From NCBI GenBank assembly GCA_029564935.1, contig JAKQPD010000301.1, positions 10,986 to 74,985 on the forward strand: 64,000 nucleotides of DNA. Direction: 5' to 3'. Position 1 is the first letter of the stretch; the number at the start of each line of letters is the position of its first letter. The stretch comes from Bacteroidota bacterium. Its GTDB lineage: Bacteria > Bacteroidota > Bacteroidia > Bacteroidales > VadinHA17. A program made the position numbers and the translations under genes. Below, piece by piece: positions 28,215-36,866 of this stretch. The notes under the pieces are model-generated. The model saw only the letters and a program-made list of their open reading frames with translations, was not told the DNA's origin and ran no database searches.

Positions 28215-29870
28215 ATGGATCATAAAGAAAATGTTCTTACACTTCCGTCAATTTTCAATAATACTTTATTGAAACATGGAAAATCCCGGGCATATGCATT
28301 TGTAGGGGAGGATCCCATGACCTTTGAGGTCACCGCCAGATATATAAGGTCGGTGACAGCCTTGCTGGAATCGGCAGGCATTGAGAAAGGCGACAGGGTT
28401 GCAATTCTCAGCACCAACATGCCGAACTGGCCAATAGCCTATTTTTCAATTACATTTATGGGAGCAGTCGTTGTTCCTGTTCTTCCTGATTTTTCAGCAA
28501 CTGAATTCGCTAATGTTCTTGAACATTCCGGGGCAAAGGCACTTTTTATATCATCAGGTCTGTTACACAGGATGGAGGGTCTGAAGCATGGTTCTCTCGA
28601 AACCGGGATACTTCTTGACGATTTCTCAATTCTTTTTTCGGAGAATAACTCTTTGAGATTTAATCCGGAGGCTGTAACCTCAAAGGAATATGTGGTTGAA
28701 GAAGAAGATCTTGCATCGATTATTTATACATCAGGCACAACCGGACGGTCAAAGGGGGTGATGCTCACTCACAGGAATATCTGCTTCAATGCAGAAAAGG
28801 GTAAGGTCATACAACCTGTCGACGAGAACGACAGATTTCTTTCAGTCTTACCACTGTCACATACCTACGAAAACACGCTGGGTCTGATCCTGCCGTTACT
28901 TGGCGGATCATGTGTTTATTACCTGAGGAAACCGCCGACACCACCTGTTCTTCTGCCTGCAATTGAACAGGTCAGGCCGACTGTAATGCTCACAGTTCCC
29001 CTTATAATTGAAAAAGTCTATTTCAATAAGATACTGCCCGCCTTCACTGATAAAAGGATCATGAAGATTATCTACAGCATTCCCCCGGCAAGGAAAATAC
29101 TCAATAAGGTTGCCGGAAAGAAACTTTACAGTACCTTCGGAGGGAATCTTAAATTCTTTGGTATAGGCGGGGCAAAGCTGAATAAAAATGTCGAAAGATT
29201 TCTCCTTGAAGCCCGCTTCCCGTATGCAATAGGTTACGGGCTGACTGAAACATCTCCTCTTCTGGCCGGGGCAAATCCGTCAAAAACGGTTTTCGATTCG
29301 ACCGGACCGGCAATAGAAGGCATTGAACTGAAGATCCATAACCCCGATAAGAAAACAGGAGAAGGCGAAATATGGGCAAAAGGCTCAAGTATAATGAAAG
29401 GTTATTACAAAGATCCTGAAATGACTGCAGATGTGCTCACCCCTGATGGCTGGTTCAAGACTGGTGATCTGGGTGTACTGGATAAGAACAATAATCTTTT
29501 TATCAAAGGACGTTTGAAAAATATGATTCTCGGGGCCAGCGGCGAAAATATTTACCCCGAGGAGATTGAATCCGTCATCAATAATTTCTGTGGCGTCGTT
29601 GAGTCTCTTGTGGTACAGCAAAAAGGCAAGCTGATTGCCCTTGTCCATCTCAACATGGAAGAAATTGAAAAGAAATATAACATCCTTAAACAGGATATGG
29701 CTGACAAAGCCGATAAATATGGGGAGTGGGTACAGGAGATCCTGACCGAATTACAGGAATATGTAAATTCTCATGTCAACAAATTCAGTAAGATCAACAA
29801 AGTGGTTATTCAACCTGTTCCGTTCCAGAAAACAGCCACTCTGAAGATCAAAAGGTTCCTTTACACATAA
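28215..29870 (+). CDS. AMP-binding enzyme, long-chain fatty-acid--CoA ligase-like
   Basis: AMP-binding signature YTSGTTGRSKGVMLTH. GYGLTET. WFKTGDLG. Confidence 0.85.
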   Translation: MDHKENVLTLPSIFNNTLLKHGKSRAYAFVGEDPMTFEVTARYIRSVTALLESAGIEKGDRVAILSTNMPNWPIAYFSITFMGAVVVPVLPDFSATEFANVLEHSGAKALFISSGLLHRMEGLKHGSLETGILLDDFSILFSENNSLRFNPEAVTSKEYVVEEEDLASIIYTSGTTGRSKGVMLTHRNICFNAEKGKVIQPVDENDRFLSVLPLSHTYENTLGLILPLLGGSCVYYLRKPPTPPVLLPAIEQVRPTVMLTVPLIIEKVYFNKILPAFTDKRIMKIIYSIPPARKILNKVAGKKLYSTFGGNLKFFGIGGAKLNKNVERFLLEARFPYAIGYGLTETSPLLAGANPSKTVFDSTGPAIEGIELKIHNPDKKTGEGEIWAKGSSIMKGYYKDPEMTADVLTPDGWFKTGDLGVLDKNNNLFIKGRLKNMILGASGENIYPEEIESVINNFCGVVESLVVQQKGKLIALVHLNMEEIEKKYNILKQDMADKADKYGEWVQEILTELQEYVNSHVNKFSKINKVVIQPVPFQKTATLKIKRFLYT

Positions 29871-29886
29871 AAATTTATCCTTACAT

Positions 29887-29919
29887 AAAAAAGGGCGCTG
29901 TTTTCAACGCCCCTTTTTA
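29887..29919. terminator. Bidirectional rho-independent terminator between convergent genes
   Basis: aaaaaa-GGGCG-ctgttttcaa-CGCCC-cttttt. An A-tract on one side and a T-tract on the other serve both strands. Confidence 0.65.
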
Positions 29920-29942
29920 TTTCTGATTAAATGATTTGCTGA

Positions 29943-30665
29943 TTATTTTACCGCCTCAGCATATCTCCTGTTCACCTCATCCCAGTTAACAACATTCCAG
30001 AATGCCTCCACATAATCAGCACGCTTGTTCTGGTATTTCAGATAATATGCATGTTCCCATACATCAATTGTAAGTAAGGGAATACCTTTGACAGGCGACA
30101 CATCCATCAGAGGATTGTCCTGGTTGGGTGTGCTTCCTACAGCCAGTTTCTTGTCAGCAGTAAGGTACAACCATGCCCAGCCGCTCCCGAATCTTGTTTT
30201 TGCAGCATTACTGAATGTCTCCCTGAATTTTTCAAATGAACCAAAAGTCTGGTTTATAGCTTCCGCAAGAGCAGCCGACGGCTTTGAGGTGCCTTTACCA
30301 AGATTTTCCCAGAAAATTACATGATTATAGAAACCTCCGCCGTTATTTCTTACGGCATCGCCGGCTTTTGATACTTCTGAAAATATCTTTTCAATTGAAC
30401 TGTTTTCAAGAGCTGTGCCCTTTATGGCAGCTACAAAATTATTAAAGTAAGCTCTATGGTGCCTGTCATAATGGATCTCCATCGTTCTGGCATCAATGTA
30501 CGGCTCAAGCGCATCATATGCATAAGGAAGAGCCGGAAATTCTGTTGTTTTAAATTCTTTCATATTACTTTCGTTTTTATCGTTTGGGTTCTCAGCCAGG
30601 GTTATTGCCGGAATTGATATCAGGACTAACCCAAGATTTAAAATTTTTAATAGATGTTTCTTCAT
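29943..30665 (-). CDS. Fe/Mn superoxide dismutase with N-terminal signal peptide
   Basis: Ligand contexts EIHYDRHH, FWENL, DVWEHAYY. Preceded by MKKHLLKILNLGLVLISIPAITLA. The start is chosen at the second Met; the ORF track starts at 30713. Confidence 0.85.
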   Translation of the reverse strand: MKKHLLKILNLGLVLISIPAITLAENPNDKNESNMKEFKTTEFPALPYAYDALEPYIDARTMEIHYDRHHRAYFNNFVAAIKGTALENSSIEKIFSEVSKAGDAVRNNGGGFYNHVIFWENLGKGTSKPSAALAEAINQTFGSFEKFRETFSNAAKTRFGSGWAWLYLTADKKLAVGSTPNQDNPLMDVSPVKGIPLLTIDVWEHAYYLKYQNKRADYVEAFWNVVNWDEVNRRYAEAVK

Positions 30666-30812
30666 TTTTACTTTATTTTGCACGTTAAACACAAAATATA
30701 TGGTTTTGTTCATTTCGTGTATGAAATTAGTTCATTAAAGTTAATTTTTATACCGTTGACGTAACTTTAACACCATTTTTGCGTTTAATAGAAACAGATA
30801 ACTGTACCCGTT

Positions 30813-31646
30813 ATGAAAAAAATTACTTATCTGGTGATTATCCTGACATTTTTAGGAGGGTTTTTTGCCGGTTGTAATAAGGAGACTGAAGATCCTCCCA
30901 AGCTTCCGCCTGTGGAATCAATGAATATTGATTTCAGCAATTTTGATACAGAAAAGAAGCATGCTGCCTATTCAATGTCCAAAGGCATCGAAAATGTGAA
31001 CTGGGAATTTTCTGCATTTGTAGCCGGTACCTGGGACATGATCCTGGTAACAACCCTGGCAATACCGGTGATATCCTATGAAAAAGCAGTTGATAAAGTA
31101 CCTGTATATATAGATGATAAAACATGGGAATGGAGATACGAAGTTCCTTTTTTCACTGCAGTATATAAAGCAAGACTTACAGGTCAGATCAGGACCCAGG
31201 ATATTGAGTGGAAGATGTATGTAAGCAGGGAAGGATCGGGAGGATTTTCCGAGTTCCTCTGGTTCCAGGGTACTTCAAAGCTCGACGGAACGGGCGGCCA
31301 GTGGATACTGAACCACAGTTCATCCTTCAAGGAACCTGTCCTTCAGATCGACTGGGAAGGTAACCAGTTAACTGTTGAAAAAATCAAATATACCTATGTA
31401 AGGGTACTGAACGATTCCCGTACCGAAGATAATTTCAGGAACAGCTGTATTGAGGCCGGTAAACAGGCCGGACCATATGATTCCTATTATACAATACATT
31501 ACTTCAACGGAGCTGATTTTTCTGATGTGATAGTGGAATGGAGTTCGACCGGAAAACAAGGCCGGGTAAAATGTGAACAGTTCTTCGCAGATGACCTGTG
31601 GCACTGCTGGAATGGCAATTATGTCAATGTCATCTGTCCGCAATAA
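30813..31646 (+). CDS. Hypothetical lipoprotein
   Basis: Signal peptide with lipobox FFAGC. 277 aa with no motif I recognise. Clean single long ORF followed by a strong terminator. Confidence 0.65.
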   Translation: MKKITYLVIILTFLGGFFAGCNKETEDPPKLPPVESMNIDFSNFDTEKKHAAYSMSKGIENVNWEFSAFVAGTWDMILVTTLAIPVISYEKAVDKVPVYIDDKTWEWRYEVPFFTAVYKARLTGQIRTQDIEWKMYVSREGSGGFSEFLWFQGTSKLDGTGGQWILNHSSSFKEPVLQIDWEGNQLTVEKIKYTYVRVLNDSRTEDNFRNSCIEAGKQAGPYDSYYTIHYFNGADFSDVIVEWSSTGKQGRVKCEQFFADDLWHCWNGNYVNVICPQ

Positions 31647-31663
31647 AGTCATTTTTTAAAATT

Positions 31664-31687
31664 CCCGGCTTAATGCCGGGTTTTTTT
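31664..31687 (+). terminator. Rho-independent terminator
   Basis: CCCGGC-ttaat-GCCGGG followed by TTTTTTT, 18 nt after the stop codon. Confidence 0.7.
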
Positions 31688-31717
31688 ATTATTTTGCGCC
31701 CCTGAATCAATTCACAA

Positions 31718-32329
31718 GTGATGTCATCAGGGAAAAAAGCAATATCTCTTATAATACTTATTTTGTTTTTTGACCAGTTGCTGAAATTCTGGGTAAAAAC
31801 TCATATGGTTATCGGTGAAGATATTCCGTTAATCGGGAAATGGGGTATGCTGCATTTTATCGAAAATAACGGAATGGCTTTTGGAATGGAAATGGGCGGC
31901 AAGCCGGGGAAGCTTATTCTCAGTATCTTCAGGATAATCGCAATAATTGCTATAGCATGGTTCCTTAACTCAATAATCAGGAAAAATGCATATACGGGAT
32001 TAATACTGGCAGTAAGCGCAATTCTTGCAGGAGCGATCGGGAATATTATCGACAGTGCATTTTATGGTATGATTTTCAGCGAAAGTTCCCATGAACCTGC
32101 CGTTCTTTTCCCTCCCGAAGGTGGTTACTCGTCATTTCTTCACGGAAGAGTTGTTGATATGCTCTATTTCCCTGTGATCAATTCCACGTGGCCCGATTGG
32201 TCACCCTTCAGACCGGGTCAGTCTCTTATTTTCTTCCGGCCCGTATTCAATATTGCAGATTCTGCTATTACCTGTGGAGTATTTGCTATATTGCTTTTTC
32301 AGAAGAAAATGTTCAGGGACTTTGAGTAA
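31718..32329 (+). CDS. lspA: Lipoprotein signal peptidase (signal peptidase II)
   Basis: ENNGMAFGM and FNIADSAI catalytic Asp contexts. Four TM segments. GTG at 31718 or ATG at 31721. Confidence 0.85.
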   Translation: MMSSGKKAISLIILILFFDQLLKFWVKTHMVIGEDIPLIGKWGMLHFIENNGMAFGMEMGGKPGKLILSIFRIIAIIAIAWFLNSIIRKNAYTGLILAVSAILAGAIGNIIDSAFYGMIFSESSHEPAVLFPPEGGYSSFLHGRVVDMLYFPVINSTWPDWSPFRPGQSLIFFRPVFNIADSAITCGVFAILLFQKKMFRDFE

Positions 32330-32353
32330 AAAATACAGACTTCGGTTAATAAA

Positions 32354-32653
32354 TCAGTCCTTACAACACTCTCCCAGGGTTTTGAGCATATTCCCAAGGT
32401 TCGGATGCCTGAGGTAATAGTAAATATTCTTCCCTTCCCGCGAGGATGACAAGACACCCCTGTCACGCAAAATAACAAGGTGATGCGATGCAACGGCCTG
32501 GCCTATACCAAGCTTCTTATGTATCTCTGTTACAGTCTGCTTTTTACCGTCCTCAAGCAAACTCACAATGCTTATTCTGGCAGGATGTGCCATGGCTTTC
32601 AGCATTTCAGAAGCCTTCTGAAGGACCTCTGGATTCAGTTCATTGAATTCCAT
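32354..32653 (-). CDS. ArsR/SmtB-family transcriptional regulator
   Basis: 99 aa winged-helix protein: KAMAHPARISIVSLL... TVTEIHKKLGIGQAVASHHLVILRDRGV. Confidence 0.85.
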   Translation of the reverse strand: MEFNELNPEVLQKASEMLKAMAHPARISIVSLLEDGKKQTVTEIHKKLGIGQAVASHHLVILRDRGVLSSSREGKNIYYYLRHPNLGNMLKTLGECCKD

Positions 32654-32669
32654 CCGGAAAATTTTAAAA

Positions 32670-32677
32670 CAAATATA
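32670..32677 (-). promoter_or_regulatory. Candidate -7 box (TATATTTG) for the ArsR-family gene
   Basis: The reverse complement of caaatata matches TAnnTTTG. It lies 17 nt upstream of the ATG at 32653. Confidence 0.45.
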
Positions 32678-32754
32678 TATATAAATATGTTAATGTGTGG
32701 AGACTTAATTTGGAACCATTACATTCAGACTGCTTTCTTTTGTCATATTTTATG

Positions 32755-32762
32755 TAAGTTTG
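32755..32762 (+). promoter_or_regulatory. Candidate -7 box (TAAGTTTG) for the polyprenyl synthase gene
   Basis: Matches TAnnTTTG, 18 nt upstream of the ATG at 32780. Confidence 0.45.
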
Positions 32763-32779
32763 GATGAAATAAAATACGG

Positions 32780-33754
32780 ATGTCAATCCTCGCTGAGATA
32801 AGAAAACCTGTTGAGAAAGAGATGAGTAAGTTTGAAGCCTACTTCAACAGGACAATGAAGACTGAAATACCTCTTCTGAAGATCATCCTCAATTATATTC
32901 TTCGCCGTAAAGGCAAACAGATGAGGCCTTTGCTGGTTTTTCTGACAGCAGGTCTTAATGGAAAAATCTCAGAAGCGACATATGTGGCGGCAACACTCAT
33001 AGAACTTCTTCATACTGCATCACTTGTTCACGACGATATAGTTGATGATGCACATGAACGGCGAGGGTGTTTGTCGGTCAATGCCCTCTGGAATTCAAAG
33101 ATCGCCGTTCTGGTAGGTGATTATATGTTATCGCGGGGAATGGCAATAAGTCTTGAAAAAAAGCGCTATGACATGCTTGAGATAGTTTCTGATGCAGTGA
33201 GGTCAATGAGCGAAGGTGAGCTTCTGCAACTACAGAAGTCGAGGAAAATGAATATTAGTGAGGATGATTATTACAGGATAATCAGGAGCAAGACTGCAGC
33301 TCTTATTGCTGCATGTACTGCCTGTGGCGCAAAGTCGGTGTCAGAAAATCCGGATACCATCAGGAAAATGAAAGATTTTGGTGAAAACATAGGTATTGTA
33401 TTCCAGATAAAGGACGATCTGCTTGATTATGAACCAAATGGCCTTACAGGAAAATTGACAGGAAATGATATAAAGGAGAGGAAAATCACCCTTCCTCTTA
33501 TATATGCTCTGGAGAATGCATCCGTATCAGTGAGACGGCAAATCCTTTCAATTGTGAAAAACAGGAAGAAAACAAAAGCAGAGATCAACCAGGTGATTGA
33601 TTTTGTAAGATCTTCAGGTGGACCGGAATTTACCGAACAGAAGATGAACCTTTACCGGGACAAGGCACTTGAAATCCTTGGAACCTATGCGGAATCTGAA
33701 ATCAGGGATTCTTTACAGAGGTTTGTAAACTATACGGCTTCAAGAAACAAATGA
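32780..33754 (+). CDS. Polyprenyl diphosphate synthase (IspB-like, long-chain trans-prenyltransferase)
   Basis: First Asp-rich motif LVHDDIVDD and second FQIKDDLLD. 324 aa. Confidence 0.85.
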   Translation: MSILAEIRKPVEKEMSKFEAYFNRTMKTEIPLLKIILNYILRRKGKQMRPLLVFLTAGLNGKISEATYVAATLIELLHTASLVHDDIVDDAHERRGCLSVNALWNSKIAVLVGDYMLSRGMAISLEKKRYDMLEIVSDAVRSMSEGELLQLQKSRKMNISEDDYYRIIRSKTAALIAACTACGAKSVSENPDTIRKMKDFGENIGIVFQIKDDLLDYEPNGLTGKLTGNDIKERKITLPLIYALENASVSVRRQILSIVKNRKKTKAEINQVIDFVRSSGGPEFTEQKMNLYRDKALEILGTYAESEIRDSLQRFVNYTASRNK

Positions 33755-33764
33755 GATTGATTTC

Positions 33765-35048
33765 TCAGGCAACCTCCAGTTTTACCTTAGTTACTTTTTC
33801 CATATCCTTCTCATAATATCTCGATCCGAGATAAAACAAAAGTGAGCCTGTAATAAGTATGAAAGGCAGTATAGACAGCGCTGTTTTAATATTATAGATA
33901 TCATACAGTTTCCCTATTACTATAGGAGCCATGGATGATCCTATAAGGTTCATAATAACAACAGCCACTGCATATGAAGTGGCTCTCAATCCGGGATGGA
34001 TAACGTCCTGGGTCACCGCTGCAGCTCCCGAAATGAAGAACATTATACTTACTCCCATTATAAGAAGGAAAACGTATTGTATTGTCCCTTTAAAAAGATA
34101 CAATGCTATAAATAACAAAACTGCAGTCAGCAATGTTGAGATTGCAGGGAGAAGCAATCTGGCATTTACCTGTTTTTTCCGCCAGAGGTCGGTGAGCCAA
34201 CCGCCAAGCGGGGCTCCCACAACAGCAAGGACCATAACAAGACTTGCCTTGGCACCTGCTGTATCCATGGGCATTCCCTGTTCATTCTGAAAATAGGTTG
34301 ATAACCAGGTAATAAGAGCTGTGGTGGTAAAAGTTACTGCGGCCATACCGAAATATGTGAAAATCACCGATGGTCTTGTTAAAAACTCTCTTACCATATC
34401 TTTTCTTTCCATTTTTATCCTCTGGTTCCCTTTTTCGATAAATGCCAGATCGACAGTCTTATAATCCTTCAGAAAGAGGAAAAGAACAGCAATTACCAGT
34501 CCGGGTAATGCAACTATCCCGAATGCATGTTCCCATCCCAGGTTAACTGCAATCACCCCACCCAGGAAATGTCCGATCGCAGTACCGATAGGAATTGATG
34601 CATTCCATAAACCCATCATCCTGGACCGCTTGTCAATCGGAAACAATCCAGATATTACAGCGCTTCCACCGGGAGCATATCCTGCTTCGCCTATCCCTAT
34701 GAGAGCACGGGCCATGAAAAGCTGAACATAATTTCCCGTAAGGGCACAGAGAGCAGTAGCTATACTCCACATGATTGCCATGATCCCGATCGTTTTTGTC
34801 CTGCTCCACCTGTCAACAAGCAATGATACCGGAAATGTAAGCAGTACAATGGCCCAGTAAACTGCCGAAACAAGCATACCACTCTGAGTATGCGAAATTC
34901 CAAGGTCCCTTTCAATTGCCGGAAACATTGATGTAATAACCATTCTGTCTATGTAATCGAACATATACAGCAGGAACAGCAGTATGAAAATGTAATGTGA
35001 ATATCTTTTAGAGAAAAGGTATCCCTCTTCAGGCTTGGAATTTTTCAT
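33765..35048 (-). CDS. MFS transporter (12 TM)
   Basis: 427 aa and hydrophobic. MFS motif LLVDRWSRTKT after TM2. Confidence 0.8.
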   Translation of the reverse strand: MKNSKPEEGYLFSKRYSHYIFILLFLLYMFDYIDRMVITSMFPAIERDLGISHTQSGMLVSAVYWAIVLLTFPVSLLVDRWSRTKTIGIMAIMWSIATALCALTGNYVQLFMARALIGIGEAGYAPGGSAVISGLFPIDKRSRMMGLWNASIPIGTAIGHFLGGVIAVNLGWEHAFGIVALPGLVIAVLFLFLKDYKTVDLAFIEKGNQRIKMERKDMVREFLTRPSVIFTYFGMAAVTFTTTALITWLSTYFQNEQGMPMDTAGAKASLVMVLAVVGAPLGGWLTDLWRKKQVNARLLLPAISTLLTAVLLFIALYLFKGTIQYVFLLIMGVSIMFFISGAAAVTQDVIHPGLRATSYAVAVVIMNLIGSSMAPIVIGKLYDIYNIKTALSILPFILITGSLLFYLGSRYYEKDMEKVTKVKLEVA

Positions 35049-35198
35049 TTTGGATGATTCAAATTAGGCACAGCCAAGTAAATAAAAAAATATGTTGGTT
35101 GATATATTTGTTGTATTTTTAAGTCTTTATACTTATTTCACAGAAAAGAATTCATACTTAATTGCAACTCGCCAACAAGCATTTAATTTTACAGTAAA

Positions 35199-35480
35199 AT
35201 GGTAACACTGAAACAAATTGAAGAATTCATTGCATTGGAACCGGTTGCAATGGCAGGTGTTTCACGTAATCCGAAAAAATTCGGATTTGCAGCTTTCCGC
35301 GAATTAAAGGAAAAGGGGATGAACATAATTCCTGTTAACCCGAACGCTACTGAAATTCACGGGGTGAAAGTTTTCCCTGACATAAAAAGTCTGCCTGAAA
35401 ATGTCAAAAGCCTGATAATAATGACCTCACGGCAAAAGACAGCCGGTATCAGGAAATTTTTCAGAAGATTCCCGAAATAA
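35199..35480 (+). pseudogene. CoA-binding-domain protein, apparently C-terminally truncated (93 aa)
   Basis: MAGVSRNPKKFGFAAFRELKEKGMNIIPVNP...IHGVKVFPDIKSLPENV matches the N-terminal two thirds of YccU/YneT-type CoA-binding proteins. The sequence then ends in a basic non-homologous tail, 14 nt before the next gene. Confidence 0.5.
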
Positions 35481-35494
35481 TCACAGGTTACCTG

Positions 35495-35920
35495 ATGGTG
35501 AAACAAACAGAAAATAGTCCGGAATATCTTTCTTCTCTTGAGTTTTCAGTGAGGGATTATGAATGCGATCTTCAGGGAGTTGTAAATAATGCAAATTACC
35601 AGCATTACCTGGAACATGCAAGGCATGAATTCCTGCTCTCGAAAGGGATCAGTTTTTCACGGCTTCATGATGAAGGTACTGATCTCATTATCACAAGGGT
35701 TGAAATTGATTATAAATATCCTTTGAGAAGCAGGGACAGGTTTATTATCAGGACCGCTGTTCGCAGGGAAGGTTATATACGGCTTGTATTTATTCAGGAT
35801 ATTTTCAGGTTGCCCGATGAAAAGCTGATTGTCAGGGCAAATATTACAAGTGCGGCAACCCGGGATGGTAAACCGTCACGTCCTGATGAAATTTTAAGAA
35901 TGTTAAATCTGCAAAAATAA
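35495..35920 (+). CDS. Acyl-CoA thioesterase, hotdog fold (YbgC/4HBT type)
   Basis: 141 aa. VRDYECDLQGVVNNANYQHYLEHARHEFL contains the catalytic Asp context typical of 4HBT thioesterases. Confidence 0.8.
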   Translation: MVKQTENSPEYLSSLEFSVRDYECDLQGVVNNANYQHYLEHARHEFLLSKGISFSRLHDEGTDLIITRVEIDYKYPLRSRDRFIIRTAVRREGYIRLVFIQDIFRLPDEKLIVRANITSAATRDGKPSRPDEILRMLNLQK

Positions 35921-35924
35921 AACG

Positions 35925-36836
35925 ATGGAAAAAAAGAATCTCAGCCGGAGACAGTTTGTAACAACGGTGGCAGCAGGTGCCGGAACGATTTTAATCGGTT
36001 CAGCTTCATGTGCAGCATTTGCCGGAAAAGCCAAAACCGCAACCGATCCATTCAGGACAATTACTCTTGGAAAAACAGGGATCAGGACAACGTTGCTTGG
36101 AATGGGGACCGGTTACAACGGATATAACCGTACATCAGCAATTACCAGGGCGGGAGTGGCAGAATCTGTTATACGATATGCTTATGAATCAGGTATACGG
36201 TATTTTGACTGTGCCGACAGTTATGGAACACATCCTTTCACAGCGGCTGCACTCAAAGGTATCCCAAGGGACAAATATACAATCGGAACAAAAATGTGGG
36301 TAACTCCCGGCGGAATCCCTGAAAAAGAAAGACCTGATGCCCGGGTTGTTGTTGACCGGTTCAGGAAAGAACTGAATACAGATTATATCGACCTTGTTCA
36401 GCTTCACTGCATGACAACCGGTGAATGGACAAGCCTGCAGAAGAAATTCATGGACGGACTTGAGGATCTGAAAGCAAAAAAAGTGATCAGGGCTCACGGC
36501 GTTTCGGTTCATTCATTTGATGCACTTAAAGTAGCTGCTGAAGATCCATGGGTTGATGTTATACATGTCAGGATCAATCCATTTGGTGAAAATATGGATC
36601 AACGCGATCCTGCTCTTGTCGTTCCCGTTATTGAAAAGTTCCATAAAGCAGGAAAGGGTGTAATCGGAATGAAAGTAGTCGGAGGTGGTAAGTTCAGGAA
36701 TGAACCTGAAAAAATTGATCCTTCCTTAAAATATGTCCTTGGTCTCGGTACAGTAGATATGATAATTGTCGGATTTGAATCGACCGCTCAGGTTGACGAT
36801 TATATTAGCAGAATGAAAAATATAAGTCTTGGATAA
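35925..36836 (+). CDS. Aldo/keto reductase with twin-arginine signal peptide
   Basis: LSRRQFVTTVAAGAGTILIGSASCAAFA Tat signal. AKR motifs GIRYFDCADSYG and IDLVQLH. Confidence 0.8.
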   Translation: MEKKNLSRRQFVTTVAAGAGTILIGSASCAAFAGKAKTATDPFRTITLGKTGIRTTLLGMGTGYNGYNRTSAITRAGVAESVIRYAYESGIRYFDCADSYGTHPFTAAALKGIPRDKYTIGTKMWVTPGGIPEKERPDARVVVDRFRKELNTDYIDLVQLHCMTTGEWTSLQKKFMDGLEDLKAKKVIRAHGVSVHSFDALKVAAEDPWVDVIHVRINPFGENMDQRDPALVVPVIEKFHKAGKGVIGMKVVGGGKFRNEPEKIDPSLKYVLGLGTVDMIIVGFESTAQVDDYISRMKNISLG

Positions 36837-36866
36837 TTTATCCATGAAATAATATTTATCCACAAA

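Noticed and set aside
30735-30770. A 9-bp AT-only inverted repeat (ttaaagtta ... taactttaa) between the SOD and lipoprotein genes, considered as a possible PerR/OxyR-type operator.
   Set aside because: The arms are short and purely A/T in an AT-rich spacer, so chance occurrence is plausible. I have no supporting motif knowledge for this lineage.
36856-36864. A perfect DnaA-box 9-mer, TTATCCACA, in the 30-bp gap between the AKR and lactonase genes. mnmG (gidA), often origin-proximal, is also in the window.
   Set aside because: It is a single isolated box, and roughly one chance hit is expected in 2 x 64 kb. I found no cluster of boxes, no adjacent AT-rich unwinding element and no dnaA or dnaN. 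The long AT-rich spacers (59170-59623 and 43979-44462) contain no good DnaA boxes.
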